Below, one piece after another: positions 12,095 to 23,540 of a stretch of DNA of 64,000 nucleotides. The notes under the pieces are model-generated. The model was not told the DNA's origin. It saw only the letters and a program-made list of their open reading frames with translations, and made no database searches. The stretch spans positions 12,092,238 to 12,156,237 of the forward strand of contig OZ316892.1 of NCBI GenBank assembly GCA_973895155.1. The letters are read 5' to 3'. Within the stretch, counting starts at the first letter, position 1, and every line of letters starts with the position of its first letter. The position numbers and the translations under genes are program-made. The stretch comes from Marsupella aquatica (Eukaryota > Plantae > Marchantiophyta).

Positions 12095-13926
12095 TCATGG
12101 AGAACCAACCTGAAATTCTGGAGATTTCCAACCCGATGGAAGTGGACGAGCTGGTCGCCCCATATCATTGTATTGCATTCTTGCATGTTTCACTTGGTCA
12201 ATAAATGGAGATGAAAACCAATGTGCCTCCGCCTGAAGGTTGTTCGCGTGTGAAATTTCTACAAGAACTTTCACCGGAGTTGACCCTTTGAGAATTTGCG
12301 CTCGACAATATTTGAGCAAATTGGCTGTTTGCATGAGAGATGGTTGGGTCTTTGAACTTCGGATAATTTTCTTGGCGGCCATTGTGGAATGTTGACCACT
12401 GATGGCAAAGAACTTGAATTCCGCAAGCTTCTTGGTGTCAATATCCTTCCCGCAAGGTCAATTAAACTTGGTACTCCGTCGATCATCTTGTAAGGAACCA
12501 AATCTGCAGGTAAAGGTTCTTGCCCTGCATTTGTCATCATCAGTTGCACAAGATGGTTGACATGCTCCTCATTGAGGAGTCTCTCATTCATCTTTGCAGG
12601 AGGGGGATGGATGTTTTCAACCGGGACAGAAAAAAATTTGGATATCCTGAAACAATACCAAGACTTATTCAACTCCAATGTTTTTTTTGCAATCTCCAGA
12701 CGAGCACGGTCGACAACTAGCTTCGCGGAACTAGGGTTCTCGTCAATATCCACATCTTCCTGATTTTTCTTTGCTTTCTTGGGCTTGCGAACGACAGCTT
12801 GAGAGGTGATGACAACCTTCTTCTCAATGTTTGGGGCCTTCTTCTCCACGGCTCTGACCATGGGAGTTTTCACAACAATTTCAGCCAACTCTGTGGTCGT
12901 TCCCCTTTGCTTAGGAGGCTTTGCCCTTGATTCCACAACTACTGATTCAACATCAAGTTTTGCTTTTTTCTTTCCCTTTGGTGAAGGATCTTTTACGACT
13001 CCCTTTTGCTTCAGCGTCCTGATCTCTGATTTGACCTTTTCAACTTTCTTCCTGACCGACGCAGATTTCTGTCCAATGCGAGACTTTTGAGACGGTTTCT
13101 CCTCCTGAGGTTTTGTTGGTGAAGCGACTTTCTTTGCATTGCTTGTTTTTCGTATTCTGTCCTTGATTCCTTGCACTTCCTTGACAACTTGAATTCTCTT
13201 TTGGGAAGACGTTGCCTTTTCTTGTTTATCAACCGGAGATACGTTTTTTCCACCTTTCACTTGAGGCACGACTTCGCGCTGGTCAGAAACAAGAACTCTC
13301 TTTTGAGATGGTTTCTTGTCTTCTTTTTGTTCTTCCCATTGAACCTTCTTGCGGTCTGTTTTTGCCGCAGGCGACTCATCTGCTTGATCAACAACTTTCA
13401 CTCTCTTCCAAGGTAGTTTAGCTTCTTCTTTTATTTTCTCAAAATCAACCTTCTTCCGGCCTAGTTTCCCTGATGGTGATTTTTCGTCCACTGCTTTTTT
13501 CTTCCCACTGGGTGTGGATGACTCTGACACAACACCAGCTTTCCCCTTCCTAGGTGAAACTCCCTTTGAAGTCTTTGCGTATCGCTTCTCTGTTGGAGGC
13601 TTTGCTGGGGGGATGACCTCATTTTGTTGAATTTCCCCACTCTCAACATCATTGTTAATTGGTTCAACTCCACCTTCTAAACTTGTTGACTCTGACTCAT
13701 TCTCTGACCCCGCCCGATTCTGAAAAGTCTTCTTGCTCTCTTCTTGGACACTTCCCTCCTCTCCGTCATCCTCATTTTCTGACTCATAGACTGATATCGT
13801 TTCATGGGACTTTCTCTCTCCAGAGGCGGACAAGTCATCATCGGAGGAGTCATCCTTGTCCTTTCCCTCCCCATTCATCATTGTCAATCTCTTTTCCACC
13901 AGCTTCTTTCTTCCTGGGCGTACCAA
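12095..13926 (-). pseudogene. Lys/Glu-rich disordered N-terminus followed by a ParB/Srx-like domain; probable 5' part of the MTase-like gene
   Basis: FSVPVENIHPPP...NERLLNEEHVNHLVQLM, then after a frameshift near 12430 FFAISGQHSTMAA (compare the ParB/DGQHR motif). A GT..AG intron is predicted at ~12108-11963. Confidence 0.55.
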
Positions 13927-15794
13927 GTCTTGGATTACTGGATGCCCTCAAATCCATTCCTCCACCTTTGTCTCACTAAAGTGTTTCATGAACACAACAT
14001 TCGGAGAAATAGTCATCTTTCTCCTCCAGTCATCGTCTGGGATCTTCATCCGCATTATGTGATCCACCTCTCATGTCCGAGAGATAAAATATTCTGACTG
14101 CTTCATGACATAGGAGACCCGTCCGAGCCCCATAATTATTTCATCAGCCGTAAAGATCCGATCAGGTGAGAGCCATCTATCCGCCAAGGATCAAAGAAAC
14201 CACATGAGACAACATTTGTGTCCTGGTTGTAAGGTTCAAGACAATGTGCTGAGCAAAACCCATGAAGTGGAGCAACCATCTGCTTGAAATTCCAAGAACT
14301 CTCAAACTCCAATGTCAGCAGAAGAGATGGGTTGTCCTTTGGGGACGCAAATCTCGTACAGTCTACGAGAGTGCCAAAACTCACAAAATTTCTTCGTCCA
14401 TTTTCTGTTTTAACTCCCCTCACAATCAAACGGGAGTTGCCTTTGACTGGTTGCAATTCAAAAGACCATGAATTCACAATCACCAAAATATTCTCAAGTT
14501 TTGCAACCGTTGGAGTTTCAATCCGAAGCCTGTCAGAACGGAAATAAACAGAGTGAACTCCTAGAAGACAAGGAGAAATATGTCAAACATCTGCACGACA
14601 CTCGCGTAGAAAATAAAGTGAGCCCACAAACTGTTGCTTCATTATAAACAAAATGATGTGAAAACATCCTTTACAAAATGGCCTCTTTGGCGTGTAAACG
14701 GTCTGGCAAAAAATGACTATCAGAACTTTGGAGATAGTCTTATGAGCCATTTGAGCTCATCATGATTCAAAACATTGTCCAGATTTAAGAAAACAATCTA
14801 ATCCGCTAGAAACATAAGAGTTCCCTAACTCAAAGTATGCGCACACATGTGGCCATGAAGGCAACAATTTTTCTTTTCCAATTCAATCCATCACACTTTG
14901 GTATCTAATTGTCTTTCCCTCTCTCGGCCATCGGCCAGCTCCTGTCGCAGGTCATGAACTTGACGATCTCAAAACTTCTCCATCTCAAGAGAAGCTTTCA
15001 TGGACTTTGCCGCTACGTCGCAAGTAGTCAAATGCTGGATCTGTGCCCATTGATACTTTGCAAACATCTGCTCCCGTTCGTATTCTATTGCTTCCTTTTC
15101 ATCCTCCAACGCTTTTTGGAGAATGGAACTCTCCATCAAACTCATATCAAATGCATAAATACTTTTTTGTAACAATCCCTCAATCTTCTCAAAATTGTCC
15201 TTGCGATGAGCGCCTTCCTCTAGAAAAGTTGAACGAACAAAGTCACATGAACAATGTTTTGATTCCATATGGTACATATGAACGAGGATTCTACAAGACA
15301 GTCGCGTTGAAATCCATTATCTCCAAGATTGGAGAATCGGTTCTACGCGAGACTCGCGTAGAACTAAATAGGAAATTCTAAATTCTAACATAATGGCTCT
15401 CAAATAGAGACTATGGGTCGATGAAAGAGACCCATTCTACACGACTCTTGTGTAGAGCAGACTCAAGTTTAGCACAATCCATTGAAAACAGAGAAATGTA
15501 GGTCAGAATTACCTTTGAGCTTCCTCAATGCAGCGAGAGCAAGTAATTCGGCGTCATTTTCTGCCAAAGAAGTCGTCATTCCCTTTGCACGTGCAAACTC
15601 CTCCACGATAATGTCAAGGACCGATGAGTTGAGAAAAAACAAATAGAAAACATAAATGATCCAAGGTCCAAGGTCCGAGGTCCTTTTATAGTCCGAGACA
15701 AGCGTGAAAGAGCGTATCGTCCGAGGGGAGCGTGAAAGAGCGTATCATCCAAAGCGAGCGTGAAATGGCGTGAAACAATCTAAGGGCCAAGCGT

Positions 15795-15908
15795 GAGAGA
15801 GAGAGAGAGAGCGTGAGAGAAAGAAAGAGAGAGAGCAAGAGAGAAAGAGAGAGAGAGAGAGAGAGCGAGAGAGAAAGAGAGAGAGAGAGCGTGATTGAGA
15901 GAGAAAGA
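15795..15908. repeat. (GA)n/(TC)n microsatellite, probably in the 5' leader of the minus-strand gene
   Basis: Imperfect GA run seen directly. Confidence 0.95.
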
Positions 15909-15929
15909 CAATGAGAGCGACAGCGAGCT

Positions 15930-16285
15930 GGAAAGCAACATATACCCCTTTCGCGTGGAATACTGTTGAACAATGATTGCGGTTGCTACCCGACCGCCAA
16001 ACCTGACACTCGGGATCCTAGACGTGTCACTAACATGGCAAACCACCACCCGCCGCCAAACCAATCTGCATTTATGGAAACGACTGCTCACCACACACCA
16101 CGCCGCCACAAAAAAGTACTACACGACAATCTGGTAGAGTTGAATGTCTGAAATTCTTGCACCCCCACTCACTATATAACATGACAGACCACTTTGTGCA
16201 AGTTATTTTTTGAGACCTGACTCATTCGTGCCTTCAGTCCGAGGTGGGACTGTCATTAAAGCGTGCTCTGTTGTTTCAGGTACTG
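15930..16285. promoter_or_regulatory. Putative bidirectional promoter between the cargo gene (-) and the transposase (+)
   Basis: CTATATAA at ~16172, a CAG|GTACTG donor at ~16279, and a TTTTCTTCAG acceptor at 26434 just before the ATG at 26442. The TC-rich leader lies on the opposite side. Confidence 0.4.
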
Positions 16286-16414
16286 CATCGGTACAGTTTC
16301 TCGTACAATTTTTCTCCTATCATTTTCAATTTTGTTTTAGTGATTGTGTCAGTATGTGAATGCATGTGCTTGAGTCTTTCCCATTGGGATGTGGTTGAAC
16401 TGTATATTCAGTAG

Positions 16415-16750
16415 TAATCTCTATTGAATTTTGGACTTTTGATTGTCTACACGAGCCTCGTGTTGTTCCCTTCGTCTATGCAAATACAACGTTCAATAGG
16501 AAGTTCCTATAAGAAGAATACTCATTTCAAAATATCCATCTCTATATAGAAGGTTTAAGAGCCTACTAGTTGGATTCAGTCGTAAACTGTATTGAATATT
16601 GGACTTTGGATTGTCTAACAAGCCTCGTGTTGTTCCCCTTGTCTATCCAAATACAACGTTCAATAGAAAGTTCCTCTAAGAAGAATACTCATTTCAAAAT
16701 ATGCATCTCTATATGGAAGGTTTAAGAGCCTACTAGTGTGGATTCAGTCG
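16415..16750. repeat. ~170-bp tandem duplication containing the palindromic motif; a third partial copy lies at 26232-26286
   Basis: ATTGAA..TTGGACTTT.GATTGTCTACACGAGCCTCGTGTTGTTCCC...GAGCCTACTAGT..GATTCAGTCG occurs twice. Confidence 0.85.
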
Positions 16751-17089
16751 TGTGACGGGGCCAATGGTCCCAAGGAATGATTTTAAAGGGTAGTAGTGAC
16801 GCATACATGTAAATACATAGATTTGTGTCAAGTTTTTTTTCTTTTGTTCTCTTACAACCTTGCCAACAATAGTTTATGCGCAATATAGATGAGATAAGTA
16901 GTGATATTTTTTTCTAGGTCCTCTTAATTTTAGTTATCGGGCCAAGCCTCAGAGTTGGGGGGTTGGCCGCTGGCCGGTCCGGGCCAAGGCATGTGCCCTA
17001 TTGCCATTCCATGCTGGAGCCGGGGGATTATCTAGCTTTACATTTTTATCACCAGCCCTAGTATTTGCACATGGGGGCCGGTCGAAGGA

Positions 17090-18030
17090 GTTAGTGGCCA
17101 AGCACCGCATGAGGTGCCCCGGCCAGCAACATGGACCCTAGCACAAATTAGCCTCGGCCGAAAAGAGCTGGCCATAAGGGCAAGAAGTCCCGGAGAAGGG
17201 AGCCGGCCAAGAAGGAGGCCCGGCCTTAGCTTATAGGGGCACTAAGGGGGGATTAAATTCCCCTTTCCAAGAAAGCCAGCCAAGGGCAAGAGGCCTGGGA
17301 GAAGGGAGCCGGCCAGGAAGAGCAGGAGTGGAGCCGGCCCAGGAAGGCGCAAGAAAGAGGGCACAAGGAAGGAGCTGGCCAAAAGGTGGCCCGGGCTTAG
17401 GAGGAGGGAGCATGATCATGGGGATTAAATCCCCCTTCCAAGGGGAGGCCTCGGCCATAGGGGTGCGAGCCAAAGGGGAGCCGGCCAAGGGAAGGTGGCC
17501 TGGGAGGAGGGAGCCGGCCAGGAGGCTTCACGAACGAAGGGCAGGTGGCGCCAGAGGGAGCGAGAAAAGGTGAGGGGGGAGGGGAGTAATAAACCCCCCA
17601 CACCTGGAGGAGGAGAAGGTACATAGGGGGCAGTTAAGGGCCCTTGGATCCCAGGGGGATCCCCAAACCCGGGAGCATAGGGCACCGGGCCCCAAAGTGG
17701 TGGAGGGATTGGCCATTAAGGCGCCCATAGGGACGTGCGCCAGAGGGAGCGAGAGAGGGCGTGATGGGGGGAGGGGGATAATAAATGCCCCAACCCTAGG
17801 GAGCAGGTCCGTGGGGGAGGGGGGCAGTTAAGGTCCCAAGGGATCCCCCAAATTGGGCAGAGCAGGTGCGTAAGGAGGAATGGGGAGGGGGATTAAAATC
17901 CCCCAAACCTGGGGGAGAAGGTTCATGGGGGAGGGAGGCAGTTAAGGTCCCTGGATCCCAGGGGATTCCCCCTTTGGGCAGAGCAGGTATGCAGGGTAGG
18001 AAGGGAGGCCTTGGCCATTAGGAGCGAAAC
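17090..18030. repeat. G-rich repetitive region with GCCGGCC motifs and three ~100-bp related units
   Basis: GGGGCAGTTAAGG.CCC..GGATCCC occurs at ~17626, 17820 and 17936. There are many GAGCCGGCCA motifs, and CCTATATAAG at ~18047. Confidence 0.7.
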
Positions 18031-19007
18031 TTGGGGGGAGGAGCGGCCTATATAAGTGCTCATTTCCAACTCTTTTTTCCCAGTTTTTTTTGCGCTCCTC
18101 ACTCATTGCCGAAACTCTTTTCTCTCCTCATCGATCAACCTTCCCCTTTGTGTCATGTACTACCTCTATTTTCCTTGAGTGATTCTGAGAGCGGCCATGG
18201 AGTGAGCTGGAGTGGGGATTGACAAGGACTTGGAGAGGGAACCTGATTTATTTTATCGTGGTTGGGTACGGGGGCCACACGAGGCCAAGCTCTAGGAATT
18301 GCGAAACGGGAATCGGTCCCCAGTTGTGCTCTTCAGGGGGAGTGGGGTGGATGAGATCCCCAGACAGACCTGAGTTCACCAACGCTCGCATTAGGAGGTA
18401 CAAGGCAGCCTACCGGGAGTACATCACTTTGCAGCTAGCCCGAGAAGAGGAAGAGAAATTGGCAACCAGGGCCACAATGTCAGGGACCAATGAAGCACCC
18501 ATGTCACAAAGGACTCAATGATGTTCATACCCCAAGACATTGGCCAAGCTTCTAGACGATAGCCGTGAATTGTTTGAATCCACCGTGATTATCAATTTAA
18601 TGCGAGTGGACATGCGTGCTCCAATGGATAGGCATTAAAAGATTGAGGATGGGATGGACTTACGGGATGATGGATTGTACTTTGCATGCATCAAGCGCAC
18701 CCTCCCTCATGACGAATTGACTCGGTTGCTGATGTTGCACAACCAGGACCTGACATTCTACCCCATGGAGCCACCAGGGACACTCACATTGGAAGAGCTG
18801 GCCATGTATGTGAAGGAGGCTACCTCTGTGGTACACATTTCCCTTGCATCCTTCAAGGACCCAACGCTCAGGGGTTTTGTTGGAAAGGTCCATGTGATGC
18901 CTAGACAGGAATCACTCGGCCAGTTAAGTGGGTAAAGCAGGAAGGCACCCTAGGAACACCTTAGTATAGGGACAAAACAAGGAAAATATAAACCATTAGG
19001 GGCAACC

Positions 19008-22000
19008 ATGGAACCCGGGCCGAGGCCGGAGGTAAGGACGCTGAGGGTGAAAACTCGATTAGGGTTAGGGCGCGTTAAGCGTCGGCGGCTAGGAAGGATC
19101 AACGGGAAGAAGGACCGGCAGAGGAGAGGGGTAAGGAGTGCTTGCAGGAGATGGTGGCTCATTTGCAAGCACGAACTAGGCAGACGACTACGGGAGGCCA
19201 ACTACTGTCAGCTGCTTAGGCAAGCACTCGGGGAGAGAGTAGATACTGACGATCGACCTAAGGAGGGTATGAGCAACGTCAATCAAGCGGCACATTTCTG
19301 GGGATGCCTGTTCGAACGGGCAACTGAGTACATCAAGACTTACGAGGACGAGGAATCAGAAAGGGCAGCTCGAGAACGGCAGGAGCTCGCTCGATTGTGG
19401 GAGCTGCAGAAGACGGCTTTCTTAGGAGGCGAACTCATCAAGGATGAGTTCTTGTGGACGCCTACTTCCAATCAACTCGACGATCTTCTATTTTGCAAAG
19501 ACAGCGTCGTCGGCATCCGAGAGGCCATCAAGAACTGCAACGACATACACTGGGAATTAAAGGGTAGCACGGAAAGGTGGACCCAGGCAACGGTGCTAGG
19601 AGAAACCTCCACGGCAGCAGAGATGAAGAGGAAGGGAGCTGTCAACGATGAAGCCACCCCGGCAAAAAGAACGAGGTCGGCGGCACCAAAGAAGCCAGCC
19701 GAGCAGCAGAGCAGGAGGCAGGGAGAAGCCGAAGAGGAGGAGGTCGATCCCATCAAGGCCATTCCAACCAGGGATGACACCTGGAAGGGCTGGGCGGCAA
19801 CCCTACCGGTGGAGGTGCAACTACATTTTGCACGGGAGGAGGATGCATGCTTCACGGCCATGCAGACCAAGAAGTACCAAGGCTTCATGGCCGGATCCGG
19901 CTTAGAGGCCTTTGTAAGATTACCATGGCTGAAGCCGGAGGTACCGGAGTCAGACCTATTAGAATTCGTGGGGTCATGGGAACCCGAGACCAATTGCACG
20001 AGGATATATGGGAAGGATTTCTATCTTACTCCCAAGGTAATTGCCGAAGTGTTTGGCTTGCCGATAGGCAATAAGACCAAAGTTGATACCAGGAAGACCT
20101 TGCCTGACAAGGAGTTCCGGTCGTTCCCCGGGCCATCAACGAAGAATGGCTTCTTCCGGAACACCTGCACCAACCCGCACATAGGAGAGATGATCGACTT
20201 CTTGCGGGTGACCATGCATTGTAACTTGCCGAGGGCAGAGATCGGCAAGGCACAGGTCTATCTGGCAGAAAGGCCAGACCCAAGCCGGGACTACAACGGG
20301 TACCTCCTCAACCAATTGAAGAAGATCTTAAAGGAGGAGCAACAGGTAATCGGCATGGGGAGCGTGTCGCGGCTTGGCTATCACATGCCGCTGTTGTGCC
20401 GGTATGCCAGAGGTCAGACTTTTGCCCCGGTACTTCCCCTGCAGGTAAGGGCACCCAAGGAAGCTCCAACGCCGAGGCCGTTGGCTGAGAAGCCTCAACC
20501 ACCTGTTAGCCCTACGATCGAGCAGGTGTTTAGGCCCAGGAAGGAGGACTTGCCGATGCAGCAACCAGGCATGCAGAGTCTGCTGAAACTACTGGAGAAC
20601 GAAAAGAAATCGGCATCGGCAACAACAACGGCAACGACAACAATGGAGGACACTACTACAGAGGTAGGCCTACACCGGCTCACAAGAGAAAACCCCTTTG
20701 CTGGAGACAAGGAGAGAATCAGGCCGGAATCCAAGCCCGGTGTTCGAATGTATGTGGGAATCTCAAGCTCCGAATCTGAGGCAGAATTGCCTGAAGCTCC
20801 TACCGACGAAGAGGAGAGGGAGAAGCCGGACGGCCAAGAAGTAGAGGAGGCAGTGGAGGACTGCAGCCATGATAATTCCGGCTATGGGTCGGACCATCAC
20901 GTCCCAGGAGTAAGGACCTCTGGCCGGTTTGTCCCCACACTTCCAAGGGTAGTGCGAGGGGACCCCAACCAGCAGAGTAGCCCTGAGTCTCCCCCACCAG
21001 ATGTTGCTCCCCCGAGCTTCAACGGCATAAAACAGACGGTGCAGGAATTTCAGGAGCGAATCAAGCAGGAAGAGGAGGCAGCCCTGGCTAGGGAAAAGGA
21101 TTTACCAGGAGAAGATTGGCCGGAGGACATCAGGCGGCTAGCCAAAAAAGGAAGCAAACCTCTAGCCACGATTGAAGAGATCCGCAAGACGGCTTGGGAG
21201 CAGAGGCCGCGATGGGCGATGCCGATTACTTCTACTTACTCCACCTACGCTAAGAATAGAGCCATGGAGTATGGTGAGATGTTTGGGGAACTTGCGCTCG
21301 GCATCTTTGGAGAGGAGTTGGAGGTAGGACCCTTTTTCCATAGGGAGCAGTTGGAGAAGCACCAATTAGAAGAAGCGGTGGCTTTAGAGAGAAGCAAGAA
21401 GGACGAGGTCATTCGGCGGCTTAGGAGGATGGAAGCCGAGATTGAAGATCTAAGGGCGGCCAAGAAAGCCCAAGATGAACTGTGGATTAAACGACATGAG
21501 CTGAACATCATGCAGGGGCAGTTGGACACCGCGCAGGCTGATAATCAGAATATCAAGGATAAACTGACTCAGACGCAGGGAGAGTTGGCCGACACGATCA
21601 AAGAGAGGGAGAAGTGGAAGCAAGAGCTGAAGAATACAGAGGAGGCCCACATAACAGCCAACAGCCGGGCCATGGCGGAGACCCAAAGAAAGGAATGGGC
21701 GTTGAAGGGGGAGCTCGAGAAAATCCGCGGAGCCCTTGAGCAGAAGGAGGCCGAGTTAGGGAAATCCTATCAAGGGATTATGGCGCTGCAGCAGGAGCTT
21801 GCGTCCCTGACGGCCAGCTTCAAGGCCGACCTAAGGGAGAAGGACGAGATGCTCAAACAGACTTACGCCAAGATGAACCAGATGGAGTCTGTCATCATTG
21901 CAGAGCTCGACAAGGAGCTAAGAGCAACCCAGGAGGAGAGGACTACCTTGAAACAAGAACGGGAGGAAGCCCAGAAGGAACTAGAGGAGGCACGCAAGGA

Positions 22001-22643
22001 CCTGGATGAGACCCAGGAGGAGTTGGAGGAAATCATGAGGAAGATGGAGAACCTCCAGCGGCGGGCCGACAACCAAACGGAGCGGCTGAAGAAACAAGCC
22101 GCAGTATTTAAGTGCTTGTCTTCATCAGGCCCAACTCCAATTGGGGCAACCAAGTTACCAGGAGTGGTACTGGCCGAAGAAAAATCCGCGCCACCTGCAC
22201 CAGTGCCGGAAGTAAGTGGGAAGGGGAAGGGACCAGCTGCCGAACCAGAAAAGAAGAAGAAGCGGAAACCTTCAGGGTCAAGGAGTAATCCGACTCCACA
22301 AGCCGTGGTGACCAAGGAGGTAGAACTAGCACCATCCTCCGACATGAATACGGCAATAGATCCCGCTATCATCACAGGTGGGGGTGGTGCGGCCCAAGCC
22401 GAACTACTCAGTAATGAGGCCGGTATCCCAGATCCGCCTCTTGAGCAGGCCAGGGAGACCCAAGCCGTGGCTGAGGCCGTAACCGGTTCCCGAGCCGATG
22501 CCGACGCCGATGGTGGACCCAGTCAGGCCGATGGAGAGTTGACTCAATCAAGGGCAGGTAATCTGTCAGAGAATGAACCTACGGCAGTGGCTGAGGAGGA
22601 AGCGTTGGGGGCGTCCATTAAGGATCCACCACCGGTGTCGTGA
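19008..22643 (+). CDS. 1211-aa protein with a PMD/plant-transposon-like domain and a long coiled coil
   Basis: Uninterrupted 3.6-kb ORF. GLEAFVRLPW...LLEFVGSW...IYGKDFYLTPKVIAEVFGLP resembles the plant mobile domain or Gypsy accessory ORF motif. A heptad-rich E/K/Q/L stretch spans roughly aa 780-1040. Confidence 0.75.
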   Translation: MEPGPRPEVRTLRVKTRLGLGRVKRRRLGRINGKKDRQRRGVRSACRRWWLICKHELGRRLREANYCQLLRQALGERVDTDDRPKEGMSNVNQAAHFWGCLFERATEYIKTYEDEESERAARERQELARLWELQKTAFLGGELIKDEFLWTPTSNQLDDLLFCKDSVVGIREAIKNCNDIHWELKGSTERWTQATVLGETSTAAEMKRKGAVNDEATPAKRTRSAAPKKPAEQQSRRQGEAEEEEVDPIKAIPTRDDTWKGWAATLPVEVQLHFAREEDACFTAMQTKKYQGFMAGSGLEAFVRLPWLKPEVPESDLLEFVGSWEPETNCTRIYGKDFYLTPKVIAEVFGLPIGNKTKVDTRKTLPDKEFRSFPGPSTKNGFFRNTCTNPHIGEMIDFLRVTMHCNLPRAEIGKAQVYLAERPDPSRDYNGYLLNQLKKILKEEQQVIGMGSVSRLGYHMPLLCRYARGQTFAPVLPLQVRAPKEAPTPRPLAEKPQPPVSPTIEQVFRPRKEDLPMQQPGMQSLLKLLENEKKSASATTTATTTMEDTTTEVGLHRLTRENPFAGDKERIRPESKPGVRMYVGISSSESEAELPEAPTDEEEREKPDGQEVEEAVEDCSHDNSGYGSDHHVPGVRTSGRFVPTLPRVVRGDPNQQSSPESPPPDVAPPSFNGIKQTVQEFQERIKQEEEAALAREKDLPGEDWPEDIRRLAKKGSKPLATIEEIRKTAWEQRPRWAMPITSTYSTYAKNRAMEYGEMFGELALGIFGEELEVGPFFHREQLEKHQLEEAVALERSKKDEVIRRLRRMEAEIEDLRAAKKAQDELWIKRHELNIMQGQLDTAQADNQNIKDKLTQTQGELADTIKEREKWKQELKNTEEAHITANSRAMAETQRKEWALKGELEKIRGALEQKEAELGKSYQGIMALQQELASLTASFKADLREKDEMLKQTYAKMNQMESVIIAELDKELRATQEERTTLKQEREEAQKELEEARKDLDETQEELEEIMRKMENLQRRADNQTERLKKQAAVFKCLSSSGPTPIGATKLPGVVLAEEKSAPPAPVPEVSGKGKGPAAEPEKKKKRKPSGSRSNPTPQAVVTKEVELAPSSDMNTAIDPAIITGGGGAAQAELLSNEAGIPDPPLEQARETQAVAEAVTGSRADADADGGPSQADGELTQSRAGNLSENEPTAVAEEEALGASIKDPPPVS

Positions 22644-23540
22644 CGGTGCAAGGGCGCCATTCCTTTTAGGGAGGGCGGACGTGGAGGGAGGAGGCGTGAG
22701 TGGGCAGGGCGGGCGCTGATCTCCAAGTTTAGGATTAGGATCAGGACCAGGAGCGGCCCTGACACTTAGCTTAGTGGGATTGCGGTTCCACTGGTAGGAG
22801 CAACACTTGTGCTCCTGCCTTGCTGTACATAGGTAGATTCGGGCAAGTAGATTACTGTTAAGTAGATTAGGCTTACGATGCAAAGAATGGCGGATCCACT
22901 ACCAGGATAAGTACCTGGGCAGCGGGGAGCTCAGGGCCTCTTCTTTAGCAAGTTTTTAGTTTGCACCAGCCGGGCTGGGATCAAGTAGTACGAGAAGCTC
23001 TCGGTTAGTCATACAGTGACCCTTGTGTATATTCATGTTTCCTCATGCCTAAGAGCTGAATAGAGTTGGCCTCACGGCTTAGTTCGCAGAACTTGTGTAT
23101 GAGATGTACTGTTTGTATGGCAAGTGCATGGTATGACTCAGTCAGAATGAGTCATTTTGCTATTTGTGTATCGCATTAACTTGTGTGAAGAGTGCCCACA
23201 TCAACCAAAAGGAAGGAAAGTAAGCAGGGGAGTGAGAGTTGGATGTGTCGAGCTGAGAGAGGTCTTAGCGGCTTAACCAAGCCTATTGGGGATCATTCCG
23301 GCGGCGGAATCCAAACATACCTAACAAGACGGAGGGGAAGACAGGGGAAGGCCTAGATTAGGCCGGCTACGTATCTCATGACCCGATGAAGGATCTGTCC
23401 AGTATATGTGTGTAAAATGTTAATAGTAGTAGTAGAAGGTTAGCAGCGTCCCATGCCGCTAAGCCGCGGAAACGGCCTCGCCAAGCGCGAAACCTGCGGG
23501 AATCGGCTTGAGCTGGGGGGTTTCTTGGGTTTAGGGAGCC

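Noticed and set aside
15686-16109. Ser/Leu-repeat ORFs
   Set aside because: Artefacts of the GA microsatellite.
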